Source: Tubiluchus corallicola (taxonomy: Eukaryota; Animalia; Priapulida). Taken from it: DNA of 64,000 nt. This document shows, in pieces, positions 26,801 to 41,800 of this stretch (positions are counted from its first letter, which is position 1; each line of letters begins with the position of its first letter). Under the pieces are notes generated by a model that saw nothing but the letters and a program-made list of their open reading frames with translations, did not search any database and was not told the DNA's origin. The position numbers and the translations under genes were made by a program. The stretch spans positions 806,001 to 870,000 of the forward strand of contig JAQGDQ010000008.1 of NCBI GenBank assembly GCA_030141605.1. Direction: 5' to 3'.

Positions 26801-29800
26801 TTGGGATAGATGAATTCAGCTAGGAAATTTTCACATGATAATAATGTAGTGTGCAGTATATTAATGCAGTTTTTCTTGCAATGAATTTTTGAAATTGAGT
26901 GATTACGTCAGGATTTAAATAGGTGACCATAGTGCTGAGGATGAACGCCTGAATTGTAAACAGACATAGACATGTCTATGTCTGTTTGCAATTCAGGCAT
27001 TCCATTTCTTCAAGGGGAGTAGATTCAGATGGCGAATATTCGTTTAGTGACTTGCTAGAAATTTTAAACTTCAACTTAGTTTGTCTTTTGTTATCTGTGA
27101 CTAGAAATTTTAAACTTCAACCTAGTTTGTCTTTTGTTATCTGTGACTTAATACAAACAAATTGCTTTCATGCCTAGAAATCCCTGTGACATTCATAGAA
27201 ACTTTAGTCAACTTCACTGCACCTGTTATATGAGTGAGTCTAAAATATTGCCCCATTGGTTTTGTCAAAACTGATTAGAATTCAGATCAAGCAGTAGTGC
27301 AAGTATAATAAACCATTGACGTTTAGTTTGGTATTCACTGTGAATAATTAAATATAAGTTTTGTTTTACATGTGGATCTTGTATCACATTTATGAAACAC
27401 ACTTGTTAGTTCAGCTAGAATTAGTGTAGGTGAATTGGCTAAAACAAATTGCTGCAAATTTAAATCATTTTCAATGCAGGACTTCATTTTTGCTATCCTA
27501 ATGCTGAATTATGTTTAGAGCACAAGCATATCAGCATCATAATTACTGGTTATTTTATCAAGATTCAGTTCTTGGTGCACCATCTCTCAGCAAAAGTGTT
27601 ACACTGTCCTGTTTGATGCTACATTAATTCCATTTGCCTGGTTGCATGAATGTATCAAAGGCGATGGACTTTATTAAATGAGACTAACCTAAATCAAATC
27701 AATCAACAGCCTGCAGGGCAGTCATTGGACTTGCTTCCCAGGGCTTTGCTGGCTTCCCTATTCAGATAGCCAAACAAGTCATGATTACATGAGAGGACAG
27801 TGTAATATATTAATCTACAGCAGTTATATTGACATTTAATTATACTGATGGGCGAGTGCCCTGCTGCAAATGACTAGTATTGTGTGTCGTTACAATTTCA
27901 TTGTGATTTCATGTCTTATGCACTTCTGTTTGTCCTGTCTGCCTGCATGTCATTTCTGGATGTTGTACTATCATTTTACACTCTTATACCTGCAAGCCAT
28001 TTCTGAATGCCACATTGCCTTTTTTGCTGCCCCGATGCATTCATTCCTAGATGACCCTTGAACTTGATGTTGTCTGCTTGCAAGTCATTCTGGATGCTGC
28101 ACTGCCCTTTACACTGTCCACCTGTAAGCCATTTCTGGCAACTGCATTGTCCTTTACCTCTGTTTGCCTGCATGTCACTTTTGGATGCTGCACTGCTGTT
28201 TGTGCTGCCTGCCTTCGAGCCATTCTGGATGCTGCACTTGCCGCTACACTGTCCACTACACAAGCCCTTGATGCTGCCCACTTGGATACTGCTCTTTATC
28301 ACACCTACAAGCCATTTCTTAAAACTGCACATTAATATTCATCGAAATCAATTATTGTACTCTTAACTTTGAAAGTAATTAACCAGATTTATCCGGTTAT
28401 GAAGTTCCAAAAAACAACATAAATTCATGGATTTACAATACTACAGCTTACTGCACACTAAATTATGATTGTCACACTGTTTCTCGTAAGATTTCCAAAT
28501 ATCTACCTTTCTGGAGTTCTCTAGGTATCGGCGTGAAGCTTGTAGCGCTAACGTAATCCTGTCCAGTCATCTAGAGGACGTCTAGCTACAATGACCAATC
28601 AGGTGCTCCTTTCATCTTCTCAGCTGACAGGCTGGTGCAGTATTACAAAAGCTAGGGTCACAAACAGACATGGGGAATGTATTGAAATATGCTGAGTCTA
28701 AAGCAAATGTGTATTATTTTTATTTTTTCTAGCCACATGAAATTTCTACGTCTCAGGTTATAAGATTATAAGTTTTTTCAATCCAAAAAAGGCTTAGACT
28801 CAGTACTGCTAGGTAAAATCTCTTGGGTGACAAATTGAGCTAAACCATTTCAAATTAATAAAAACTGTTCACTTTTGGCTACATGCAAGACTGGCATGCT
28901 ACACTTTTTATCCTCTACATGCACAACAAGAGTTTAGCAGATACTGCTCTGAATCATAAAATAGCATTAATGTTTGTTAAGGTTGAGCCTCCAGTATTTG
29001 GTAGACCTTCTATGTTTATTATTTGGTAAGCTTTGTTTATTAGAAGACCCTAGTGTTTAGCTACCGCTTATCCTGCCACGTTAATTTTTTGTAAGCTAAT
29101 GTAAATAATTTTTACGGAAGTTTTTAGAGATGTTTTTGATGTATGTAAAAGTACTGTTTATCAGTGGTAAATTTATGATATTCTCGTCGTGTATTACCAA
29201 AATAAATTAAAAACGTGTAACCTGGTCTTACCTAACAACCATTTGAGACGAAGTTGTGGATCCACTCATTTTACATTCGTGTATCCATAAGTAAATATAT
29301 AGTTTTATATACTGGATTTGTATTTTAATAATTCCTTTTATACAGATGGTTTGTATTAGAAATGTGTGGAAAGTGTGCTATAGTGTCTGCCATCACTAAT
29401 AATCTGGGATTTGAAATGTTACGAACCTACAAAAGCCATATCTTTTATACAATTGATACATAATTTCCCTTTTTGTTTACTATATAGCATGTTGGTTTCT
29501 GTTTTCATTGGTTTCTACTGCTATATCTCTAATTGCTGATGGTACTGGCTTGTGATATTTAGCTTTGTGCTAATTTACATGAGCCTTCTGGGTACTATTT
29601 TTTGCGGATATTCTACCAAGTTGAGCGGCGTCAAACTTGGTTCGTTATTGGATGCGTGATCACTGGGATAACTACTTCTGGACTTTATCTGCCTTACTGA
29701 CTTCTGGCTGTTGAGGTCATGAGAAAAACCTCTTCTAGTTTATTCTCCTGTTTTGCAGAATTAGTCTATGTTCCAATTTTGCAACAACCTACGTTAAGTT

Positions 29801-32800
29801 GTCCCTTTGAATCCCCTTCTAGGGAAGAGACAATTTGGCAGATTTAGTCACGGGGAAATAAATCTACAATTTTTACTCACCTTCTGATGGAAACACTTCC
29901 GGTATGAAGAAACGCTTCCGGTGCAGGCAGGTATCATGTTTACAACGTGATGAAGAGCAGCAATGCGCAATGAGGTGAAGCCAGCGACACGCTTGACTGA
30001 GCATCGATTGCGCAAGGCAATGAGCCCTGGTTGTGCGAAGCTTCGCTTCAGCTATGTGCAACGCGTAACGTGGACATGGGAACCTGTCCTTAGAGGGTTG
30101 ACATGTTTTACTACTCGTAAACATCTTAGTTCTTGGCGCAGGTGTACACACATTATTTTGCACTTTCTACAGTGCTATGAGGAGCTTATCTGTCAAGTAG
30201 CTACTGTATCCTATGTATACTGTTTACACGTACGTCAGGGTCTAGAAAAGCGTGGAATTTGTGGTCAAAGTTTGTTTTTAGTTAAGCTACGTAATAGGTA
30301 TACGCAGATTATTAAAGGCAGTTTAAAACGTGAAATATTGCTGCGGTTTCGAATCAACATAAAAATGACTGTGACATCTTAGTACAAATTCTGTACCTAT
30401 CTAGTGATTGGTGATCCAAAGGTGACAGATTAACACGTGAAAGTCAATTCTGTCAAAGGTAAAGTGAAAAACTTTTTTTGTTTTTTGCAAAGCACAAATT
30501 ATTATAGCGTGAGTAATAATGAAAAACTATAAAGCGAAATTGCCCAGTTCATTGGCATGTATAGTGGAATATTGTAAATGTCTAGTGCAAGAGTCACACG
30601 TCTCACTTCCCCTTGCAGTTCCTGGTTTCCTCATTGTCTCTCCCATTTCAAATTGTCATCTAATAACTTTTTCGCTTTTGTTTCTTTAACACTTGTGAGT
30701 AGCAAAACAATTTTTGAAACAAATTTTTTTCAGTAACAGTTAAATTAATTTAAACAAATCCTTGTTTCAGTGGCTCATAAATGTTGTATTTGATTTGTTG
30801 TTGGGATGGCTATAAGTTTTCTATTAGGTAGTTAGCCTGAATACTATCAAAAGAGGAAGAGACTTTATGACCTTCGCTACATAAAACTTTCAATCGAGTT
30901 TTAATGGTTGTAATACTCTTCAGTCCATACTAACTTCCATGGAGAGAAACCAATTACATGTACTTTATATGTACATATACATATGTACGTATGTTTAAGA
31001 TACACAGTGTATACAATGTTCATTCATTTCTAGCTCGGAATTTCTTTTCTCCCTGAAATTCCTTTCCAATTCGTCGCCTAGCGAACTTTCGTCTTCTTGG
31101 ATTTGAAATTTCTCTCCTGGGAGCCAAGTGCATCACACTCGAGGGAAATCGGCTTTGTTCCTATCTTCAAGCCTATTTAATAAAAATGATTTTTTGTTTA
31201 AAGCATCTAATTAACTTTTTATCTGTTATTCTTGTGTGTCTGTTAGCCTTTTATCTATAATATGTCCTGTGTACAGTGAGTATTTTTATTTTGCTTATGC
31301 AAAGCTATGTACTTTTAAATGAATTTTAAATAAAATGAAAAAAGTATAAGACACTTATCAGTCATTAATATTGTCACAAAAAAAATCGTTTTATCACGTT
31401 TATTAAATAAGATATTAATAGTAAGTCAAACTGTCAAAGTTGCAATTTCACCAAAAGTCAGCATATCCAGTGATCCTTTGTCTGGTGGTCCTTTGTCCAC
31501 CCACCTAACTGGTTGTCCTTTGACTGCTTTTAAAATGGTAAATATGATTCTTTGTCCGGTGGTCCTTTGTCTAGTTGTCCTTTGTACGGTGGTCCTTTGA
31601 CCTACAGCCATCTTTGAAGCTCTGTTCACTCGCTAATATTGCAAGAGGCTTAGGCTTAGTCCTTGCAACAATTGCATTGTTATGGAAACGCCAATCGATA
31701 CTAAATCCATTTAGTACAGGAGTGGCATTTGGGTTGGCGTTGACAAATTGCCAAAGTGAGTAGCGTTGCATTTTTTATATGTATAAGAATTGGAAACATA
31801 GAAAGGACAAATGGTCAATATCACTTTTGATTATACACTTTAATGAACCCTCGTTTACACTTAAGTTTTCCAAATTGCTAAAGATAGTTTTTGGTTTAAA
31901 ATAATAGGTTTGTATTTGTGTAGATGCTGGGATCTTCATTCAGTTGAAACATAATTGATTAATTAATTCAGTTAATTCATTCACCTAAGTTAAAACTTTT
32001 AGTGCACATTTAAGCGTTCTACATGTTGAAATGTAGTGAATTGTCAATTCTAGAGTGCATTTACAAAAATGAAACAACAAGAGTTGCTATACACACAAAA
32101 CAGCATCATATTATCTTTCGGGACTTCACTATCAGCCTTCATACAAAGTTGACATTAGCTGTGACAAGCTTGCCATTTTACAGAACAGATTACCTAACCA
32201 CTTTTCACAGAATACGTTTTGTCACTAATTATATAGTTGCGTCAGGACATAAAACCGCTGAAAAGTCCTTTGGATTAAAATGTAGACATTCATTGTTGTA
32301 ACCGAACTCCTTAAATCTTTTATGAAAAATTGAAAGTACAGTATAGCATCCTGTTTACGGTGTATACATGTATTAGTGTTAACGTCATCAAAACTGATTC
32401 TGTACTTTTACGCCTGTCAAAAAGGTCCTAGTTGTTGCAAATGTCACAAGAGGTGATTGGCTTGTAATGCTATGTAATGTTGAACTAATTGTGAGCTTGA
32501 ACGATCAAAATGAGCTGAGCTGGTTGTGACTTTGGAGACCAAGTGGCACAATTACTGTAAAAGTCAGCAGTAGTTGTTGCTAATGTCCTAAAACGTAACG
32601 GGCTTGTAAAATTTAGTGAGTAATGGCTCACTTTAGTGTCACTAAACCTGGGGCGTCACACAGTACTTTATGTGATCACGCGAATAGTCACGTGACCCTA
32701 ATAAATGTCACTAATAAAATGATTTTCGAAAGGCCACAAAAACTAAATGATATTCTGATCACATCTTTTACAAGCACAGGTTATTACCCGCTTGCACTCT

Positions 32801-35800
32801 AGGCTACCCATGGGGACTTGATGCTAAAACGAGTGATTAATATTAATGATTGCTTGGAGGTGAGGACATGATGAATGATTAATAATGAGAGCTACAAGAA
32901 CAGTTGATTTTCACACGTGCATTCTCTGTTTAGATTAAGAGTTACAAGCATCAAACATCACACGTGAAGCCATTGACTTCTGAAGCCATTTATTCGCTAG
33001 CTGCTCGTTATAAATCAGACCTTATCCGCCAGGTCGCGTTATTGCCGATGTCCTCATTGGCTTATAGCTGTTGTAATAAGGGAAGTTCCCCGAATTAATT
33101 GAAGAAGCTGCAGATAAGCCTTGCAAGCTAGCACTCATGCTGAAAATGCAAATAAGACTTGTCCATTTTAGGCGTTGATTTGACGTGCCTGAATGAAGCC
33201 AGTGCGACTAATTTCATAAAGCTGTGTTCTCGTTGGTTAAATTACCGAATCTTCTGTCTGCTAGTAACTAGCTAATCATTACCTGTTTCCACATTCTAAA
33301 AATAACTGTCATTTTGCTTTCGGCAGCATGCTTATGTAATGAGGAAGTAGAGATCTTTGTCATTACATGCCAATATGGACTAATCAAGTAATAATAATTA
33401 TGTTAGTGTCGAGAGGTTCTCTTGTCAGAAGTTGACGTTTCGTCTCTCTTTTTACTAAAGTTTAGATTTGATCGTGAATTATTTTTATCATGAGCTTGCC
33501 CAGGTTTTCATGCAGCTATTATGCAGCAGTTACCTCCATCTCATGGTTAAATTTTTACAATTTTAATTTTGTTCATGACATTCTTGCACTGTAATAGTAA
33601 GAAAACTAATGTTATCATATTTCTTGCACTTTCTTAAATGCTTCTAATTAATTTGTGTTTTTACTTTTTCCTATTCTAATCTTATACTACTAGAATTTCA
33701 GCTGATTATTATGATTGGAACGCCACACGCTGACTGGGTAAATGGTACCCGGCATACTCATTGTTATATAAGTACCATCCCAAGCTCACCTCCAATATGA
33801 ACAATGCTTTCAAATCGATAAAAATAATTAAAGAATTTCAAAGGTAAATATAAAATGGAATTTCTTGTTGAATTTTAAATGAATCGCAAAAAGCGACGGA
33901 AAACACCAAATGTCAATTTGCTTAGGCCTGTAGTGAATTCTCAAAGTTTTAATATGCACCCTCGTACATAATTTTATTTAGTGGCCTATGTGTAGACATT
34001 ACTTTAACCTAACTTATACAAGTTTCAAAGTGTAAAGATGGACTTGCATCCTGTACATACGGATCGGTTTCATTCTACCTTACTATGAAAAATGTTTATT
34101 ATAAACGTCATTAATTTTCGAACACACATGTACAAATTGTTTATGACAGACTGGTCTTGGAAAATAGCAGCTATTTTTGTGCATCTTTGTTGCACTTTTA
34201 CTTTTGAAGTTTTACCTGTTAATAATATCAGCAATAATGACAAGTTGTTGAAAAGTTTTCATAAAATCACTGAAAACTAATTTATTCTATAAAATTATTA
34301 ATAACAGTTTAGTTTAGCAAGCTAAATAGTGACCAAATGCTACAAGATATTCATTTGTATGTTTACCGTTTTAATCAGTTTCTGATTCAGATGTAAGGTA
34401 TTTTCAACTCTGTTTATAATACTCTGTGTTCAACTCTGTGTCGAATTGGTGCACAGAATCAATCATCTCAAATACAGTAAATGAAACCAATTAAACTCTA
34501 TGTATAGTAGGATTAATAACCTTCAAATGGATGTACAGGAATTAATGTCTATGGTTCACTTTAATGTGGACCACTATTAAAGTGCAAAAATGTCGATCTA
34601 TACTTCGCTACAGATAATCTTCATTAAGTTTTCAAACATAACTTAATCCGAAGACTTATTACTTGTCTCTGAAACCACGAGATGTCAGTATAGTTTCCCA
34701 TATCCATGATTTGGCAAAGAACAATGTGTGCTAGGTGTACCTCTCTTTGTAAACACTAATTTGCCTTGTACAAACCTTCACAAGAAATCGCATGACAGTA
34801 CCAGAAAGTTTGTTAGAAACACTTATTAGAATACATGTAGAAACAAAATGTGTCCTGTATCTTACATGGGTATGGGGGACAATACTGGACTATTCAAGGG
34901 CAAACTGGTGACAATTAACAACCAAATAAGCTAAAGAACTAAACATCTCTTAATACTAGTCAATATGAACGTTAGTTTTCAATTTTTTGTGGATATTAAA
35001 ATGACCAGGTTCGTTTTCCCCAGCCATAAATATTCCAAACAGACTTACTGGTGATACTACATTGAAGTTGAATTGAAAATTTCTCTTGGCAAAATTAGAG
35101 ATTTCAATGCTGTAATTGCCTAGTTGTGAAGGAAATACCAAATCTCTTCAGACTGTCAGACGAATATTATGTGCCTGTCACGCATGATGGTTTCAAACAG
35201 GTGATCTTAATTTCTTACCTGTGACAAAACCATAGCACTTCTATCTCAACAGCATGATAATTCAATTAGTGACGTTATTAAGTTGGGAATTGAATATTTC
35301 AGCTTCAGCATGCAAAATAGCATCTCTTCTTCTTGCTATTTTCTTAAATTGTTGTTGGGTTAATCGTTCACTAAATTATTCACCTTAGCTATTATTTCTG
35401 TGTCTTTGTCAATAGAATTGCGCAGACTCTCACCTAACTGCATTCCCTAGGCAAACATAAGTCTTTACAGCTGGTAAAGGCTTTAATGTACGTAGCCATA
35501 GCATTTTGAATCGCATTGATAGGTTTAAATGGTATTGATTTTTATAGCTGTTTTTTCCGTCAATCTGCTTGAATGTCTCTTGGGATACAGGACTACTGTT
35601 CAAAAAAGGAACTTGCATTGGGGCATGGTCAGATGTGCCGAAATAACACATTTAAGTAAATTTTGCGATAAACCTTGATGAGGATCTGTCTCAGATTAGC
35701 AGCAGGATTGGCCTTTGTGATCAGTTACAGGTTAACAGCGAGAATGGGCCATTGTGATCAATTACAGGTAAATAATGAGGATGGGCCATTCTGATCAGTT

Positions 35801-38800
35801 TCAGGTTCAGTTACAGGTTCACAATGAGGATAGGCCTTTGTGATCAGTTGCAGGTTAGTGGCGTGGTTGGGTCATTGGCCATTCTGACCTGTTGCAGGTC
35901 GTAGTGATCAGCTGCAGGTTAGGGCTAAGGCATGAAGCATGAGGATGGGTCATTGTGATGAGTTGCAAGTTAGTGGTGGGGAGGGTTATTATGATCTCTT
36001 GCAAGTTAGTGGTGATGATGAGTCATTGTGGTCAACTGCAGAGGTGAGGATGGTTCATTGTGATCAGCTGCATGTTAGTGGTGTGGATAAAACAGTCGCA
36101 GTTGGATGGGACTTCTGATCAGTTGCAGATTAGCAGTGAGATAGTATCATTACGTGAAATGTCACGAACAAAGCAACGGAAAAGGGACGCATTTCCAACC
36201 TCGGTTTGGCAGCACGAACATATTATACTTATTAAACTGAAGTGTGTCACTGCGTGTACAGATGTTGTGCTATAAAAAATAATGTAGTGTAAGGTATTAT
36301 TGTAGTAAAAGTAAGAACTGTCATCTTGGCAGCACCGCTTCCGTCCTTACTAGCCTTATTAGTTGTACTTGCTAGCCTTATTTATAGACTTATTTTTAGT
36401 GTACACCTTTACTTATAGGCATATAATTCTAGCCTAAAATGCATTGTTTATTTCCCGGGAGTGTGGAAAGCTATTCACTGATATTCTAAGAAGTTTCATT
36501 GAAGGTGTATCGATTTCATTAATTTTCTTATTTTGTAAACCACGCTTCGCAGAAATCCGCTTGGGTAAGACGTATTTATCTGGAAAGCTATTACTCTTCA
36601 TATTGGGAAAGAGGAAATAACACATGATTAGCAAAGTCTCAAGCAACAGTACTTCATGACTGTCACAGTAAATCAAATGCTTAATCAAGTTGCTGCCTTT
36701 TCTCTTGAAGGCGCTAAAATGGTGCTAAATAACAAAGGTTTCTCAGTTTTGCTTCCTCAGTTAGCTCAAATGGCCCTAAATTGTGGCGGGTTTTCATCTT
36801 CTTTGTATTGCAGTCTTCGTTTTATTGAATAAAATCAGAACAAATTTGCAAAATCGCATCTTTCGGGCAAGAAATTGCACCGTTTCAGGATTGAATTGAT
36901 ATCAGAGCAGAGAAATTGCCCTTGTGGTAATTTCGTACAAGATATTGCTTTTAGATGCAGCCTTAAACCAGAACAGATCAGTTTTTGTTGTTTTATGTTA
37001 AAACTGCAGGGTGTTCGGAAAGTCACTGTGCACTTACATATTTATTAACACACGTGCTTCAAAATAGAATACATGAGGTAAATATGTATGACAGTTATAA
37101 AGAATGTTGAAATTGACGCCCGTTAGAATCAGTTCGGGCTTGAATCCTTCTTATTTAGTTTGGATCAAAGGTTGAAATATAAAAAGAACGATTAGAACAG
37201 TGCACACTTGCACACTGAGTTTCCGAACGCTCTGTAGAAAGCGTCTCATATGTGAAGAAACCTTAATGAAACAATAACACGATTATTAGCTGGATACACA
37301 TTTCAGAATGCTAGAAACTCACAAACTAGGCAAATAGTTTGGTGGGGCTGTAACGTCACGCTTACGTCACAAAGGTAATTTTGAATACGTTTGTCAACTT
37401 GTAGTAGTGATGTATAACTCTAAATATATAGACTTAATCATATTGGAAGCCATTACCAGCACCGTTGTGATAAATGGGCGATTTTTACTTGAAACAAAAA
37501 GGTGTCTGACAATTATTGCAAATACGCATAAACTCTCTGTAAGTTGATTTGACACCTGATACACTAACTAGCAATTCACTTATGCATAATTTCTCTGTAA
37601 GTTAATTTGACACCCGACAGAATAATTAGCAATTCACCGAAAATACTGTTCAGTATTTTCATTTTTCAACAGTATAATGTCTTGACGTCAAAGTCGCACA
37701 TCTGGCATAACCGATTGATCCTGCACCTGTTGAAATACCTTGCCTATGTTGCCTACTTGATTAGATGTTAGAATTCCGCAGAAGCCTTGTTGGTGACTGT
37801 GAGCTTGTTTTCTGCTTCTGATTGACAGAAAAGTAGTGCAATTGTAAATACTTTGGAATCAATATGCATGCTTCTGCCTGATTTGTTAACACTATTGGTG
37901 CATTGCTAAGTGACTTGACCATGACCACTTGGCGAGTTCCCTCGTCCCTAAACTGTATATTGCATAATAAGCACGTTTCATCACGTTAATTGTGATCTTA
38001 TTAGGTCCCTTGATTAAGAAACATTGTAATATTGTAATAAACATCAGCTGCATAATGGTGTTATATTATTCTAAAGTTGCATGATGATATACTGATGATG
38101 CATGATACCGACTCACTTGTCAAGGGAATAACAATGATCAGATTTATTCATTCCTAGCATTCAAGCAATGTACATCGCTCATCATAAAATGCCTTTCGCT
38201 TGCTGTACGACTATCAACCGGAGTTGTTTGCTTGCTACTGAAGCCTGAAGTTATTTTGAGTTTTTTTTTTCATGAACGATGCCTCTGTCATGTTGTATAA
38301 CCCATTCACCCATCTTTTTATGCAGCTTCCCGTTGCTCAGCAACAACTAGTGCATCAATCACATACTTCTGAGCAGAATAAGCAACAATCATATGCTTGA
38401 GCGATTCGTGGACAAGTGAATTAATGAATAGATGGGTGAATGGAGGAATGAATTAGTGAACGAATAAATGAATTAATAAACAAAGGAATAGGCAAACGAA
38501 CATTCAAGTGAATGGATGGATGGATGGATGGATGGATGGATGGATGGATGGATGGATGGATGGATGGATGGATGGATGGATGAAAAACATGCGAACAAAC
38601 ATATGAATGAATCGATGAACAAATACATAAACGAATGTTTCAGTCGATGCAGAGTATAAGAAAATAAAGGCGATTTTATCAACTGAAACTCCTGGTTTCA
38701 ATTAACTAGGCAATATAGAAAAGTTAAGCACTCTTACAAACTCGAGATTTCATTCAGTTGCAAATCAAATCTAATCTCAACCTAGTCAAAGACTTTTGTA

Positions 38801-41800
38801 GTTGTACAGTTGCGCTTTGCAACCAATCCAGCAGTGCGGCATTTTTACCGCTGCACTGAATCTGGCTTCTTTTTACATTCAAGGTCATAACAGACAACCA
38901 GGTTGCTTATTATTAGGTACTGTTGTGTACCGCGTTAACAAAACGTTGCTTTCTTTGAAAAGTCTTTATCGGCAATTTGCCTCTAATCACCTGCCGCATC
39001 TGTTCACCGCCATTAGTATTGGCTGACGTCAGCAGCTTATTGTCTTCTTTGTGTTGTCACCTGTTTTTCCTGCTGGCTTCTTTATTCGCTTCTTTGTATC
39101 GTTAGATTCTGAGTTATCTGCTTTGTGAAAGCAGTTTTCAGCATGATTTGTTTATTGCAGATAGCAGTTATAGAAATTAGAGGCACACAGGTGCTTCATA
39201 GGAAGATAGGGCAGATGAGGTTGGTCAGTAAACGGATGAGTGACAATGAACAAGAGCCTGCCTCTCCACAACCACCCTTAATGAATAGGCTTCAATATGC
39301 TACATAGTGTTGTGTTCCAACTTGCCTAGCTATATATAAAAATCTTAAAAGATTATATTATAGAGCAACACCACCTCCATGAACATGTTTTCAACCACTC
39401 TAATCATGAACGAGTATGTTTCTGTATATTACTTCAAAATTTTTAGACACAATACAGAATCGAGATTCTAGAACCTGTTATATTCTTGTCCATTCTATCG
39501 AGTCGTTTGGATACGTGAAGTTCGATTTTGGCCGTTTATTTTTCTGTCAGTCCATCCACCCATTTGGAGGTTAAAGGTCGAATGCTAGAGGTCAAGTATC
39601 ACAGTAATATTAGGAATTCATGTGAGAACACGTCTGACAAAACACTATGCCGGTTGCATTCACCAATTAAGTTAGAATGATAGGTTGGGCAAAAGTGGCC
39701 AGGTATGGTTTGCCATAGGAACCCTTTGTACTCGGAAATTCACGTCATTGACGTTGACAGCCTGACGTGTGCGTGCATGTGATTTGTCCACTAAAGTACA
39801 AGAGTTTATGTGATCTATGTTGTTTAGCTTAGCATGAAGTTATAAGTCTTCGTTAGACAACACAGAGAATGGCAGGTTATGTGTAGTTGTCGCTAAGGCC
39901 AAGCTAGAAAATGTTAGTCACAGTTAAAACGTATAATACTGCTTACCGGCATACATTACTTGATTACCGTTGATTTAAATGTCGCATGTAATTCCGCTGA
40001 CCTGCATGTATCGCGCGCAGGTGTGAATGTCACACGAGAGGAATTTATAATTCATCTTTAATTTAAATTTCGTTGAAAAATTTTCAAACGTGCAGCATAA
40101 GTTATGCTATGTTAATGGGTGTCTATAATTATTAGTAATATGGTTCAGCACTTTGAGCGTAGAGAATAATATACACCGTGTTAAAAACAGCACCGCTGCA
40201 TTTTTCCTAGAATTGTGAGATAAGTTGCAAATGTAGAGAATGGTGCACCACGTTCATACAACATTTTAAGAACTGTGCGAGTATTGTCGGAGTAAATATT
40301 TGTTGTATCCTAAAAAACAATGTAAACTATGTTTATACGAGTTACATCTTGCTACATCCTGCTACATCTTTTCTAGTCTGGAACTGTGAAATATGTTGTA
40401 AATGTAGAGGACCCACGAGTAAACTAGTAAATGTAGAAGGACCCTTTGTGATAGCTTAGAACAAGTGTACTCCCTTTATTCCATATTTACACAACATTGC
40501 TGCTGCATCTTTCATTGGCTTAATTGTGTCACAGTGTGAATAATATGATTGGAACACTGGCTTCGCAGGAATGTATAACACAGTAGATCGATACTCTGAA
40601 CATTGTGTATTTAAGCATTTACTCTCCTGGGATACTACTATATACTATTGTGGTGCGCGTTCAATTCATTGTAGGCTTAGCCAGATCAAACAGTGGATGA
40701 AAATGGTTTCCGTTAAAAACATTTGGCAATTTTGGCACTTATTGTCATGGCCTTCTTGAGTTAAAATTGGCAGGAATTTAAAGCAAAAATTTTGTGAGGC
40801 AATACTTCTTTAAATTATAAAGTAAATCAAAAAACTTTTTTGTGAGTTAAGCTAAAGTGAACACAGTCTATTGTTTAGCAATGCAGCAGCGGAAGTTTTC
40901 GTTATGTTCACATTGTTAAATGTTGCAAAATGGCTTTTCTCATTTATTTGGCGAATTGCATTTTGGAAAACGACAAAATTACCACAGGTAAAAAATTTGT
41001 TGGACCATGCAGATCGCAGTTCTAGTTATCTGAAACTGCTCTGAAAAGAATGTTTGAAAAGAACGTGTTATCAAAGAAAAACTTCTGAAGGTTGGTTTGA
41101 TATTTTTACCAACAGATGGTATTCTTTCGACTTTTGCAATAAGCCAATCGGAATACACAACTCGCCAGGTGGGCATGCTTAATGTAAATGACTGTGCCGA
41201 GACCAGAATAATTATTTATTAACCATAATCCTCTAGGATGAATTACCTGAACCTGCAGAATTTCTTAGCCGCATTCGGATGCCTAATAATCTTCTTTTAA
41301 GGAGAGAAATAGCTGAGGTCACTATGGCAGAAAAAGCAAGTTTTCTCGACGGGGCCCTACCCATTTACTATCTTTCAGTGCTGTTTAATTTCGTAGCCAA
41401 GCGCTCGCAGTGATTACTCAGCTATTCTCCGATTCCCCGTTTGTGCAATTTTATTTTATACTGTTATTAAATCGCTTCACATTAGCAAAAATCCAGTTCA
41501 GCTGGCTGGCGGCGTTGGTATTTATGCTGTGCTTGAATACTTGTCATGGAAATTTGTCCAGTACTGAGCAATTCATATTCAACATGAAGATAATTATTCA
41601 CTACTACTTCCATTATAGCCTGTAGTTTACGCTTAGAGTAACAGCATTATTATTATTTGTACAACGTTTCAATGTCTGCTGTGGTAATTTATCTAATACA
41701 GGGATGTTTGTACATGCGTAGTGCTGGATAATTTCCATACGCCACTGTATCCCCCTAAAGTTTGGACTAGGGAATAATAGAGGGATAACGGTGCATAACA

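Noticed and set aside
27870-28366. Overlapping Cys/Gln/Gly-rich ORFs; CRISPR-like periodicity
   Set aside because: Products of a degenerate ~45-bp tandem repeat; no constant repeat with unique spacers, no cas genes, eukaryotic intron context.
29759-29847. [19 protein letters not shown] as the missing PDE2A exon
   Set aside because: Wrong phase at the acceptor and ends in a stop; a much better exon exists at 50319-50413.
29947-30000. C/D box snoRNA candidate (GTGATGA...CTGA)
   Set aside because: Only 54 nt, no terminal stem and no recognisable rRNA guide.
35700-36275. Periodic array and 71-aa ORF as CRISPR or gene
   Set aside because: Head-to-tail minisatellite without unique spacers.
39161-39307. 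Exon-like ORF after a strong acceptor ([10 protein letters not shown]...)
   Set aside because: No similarity to PDE2A and not needed for the colinear model; cannot be supported without transcripts.
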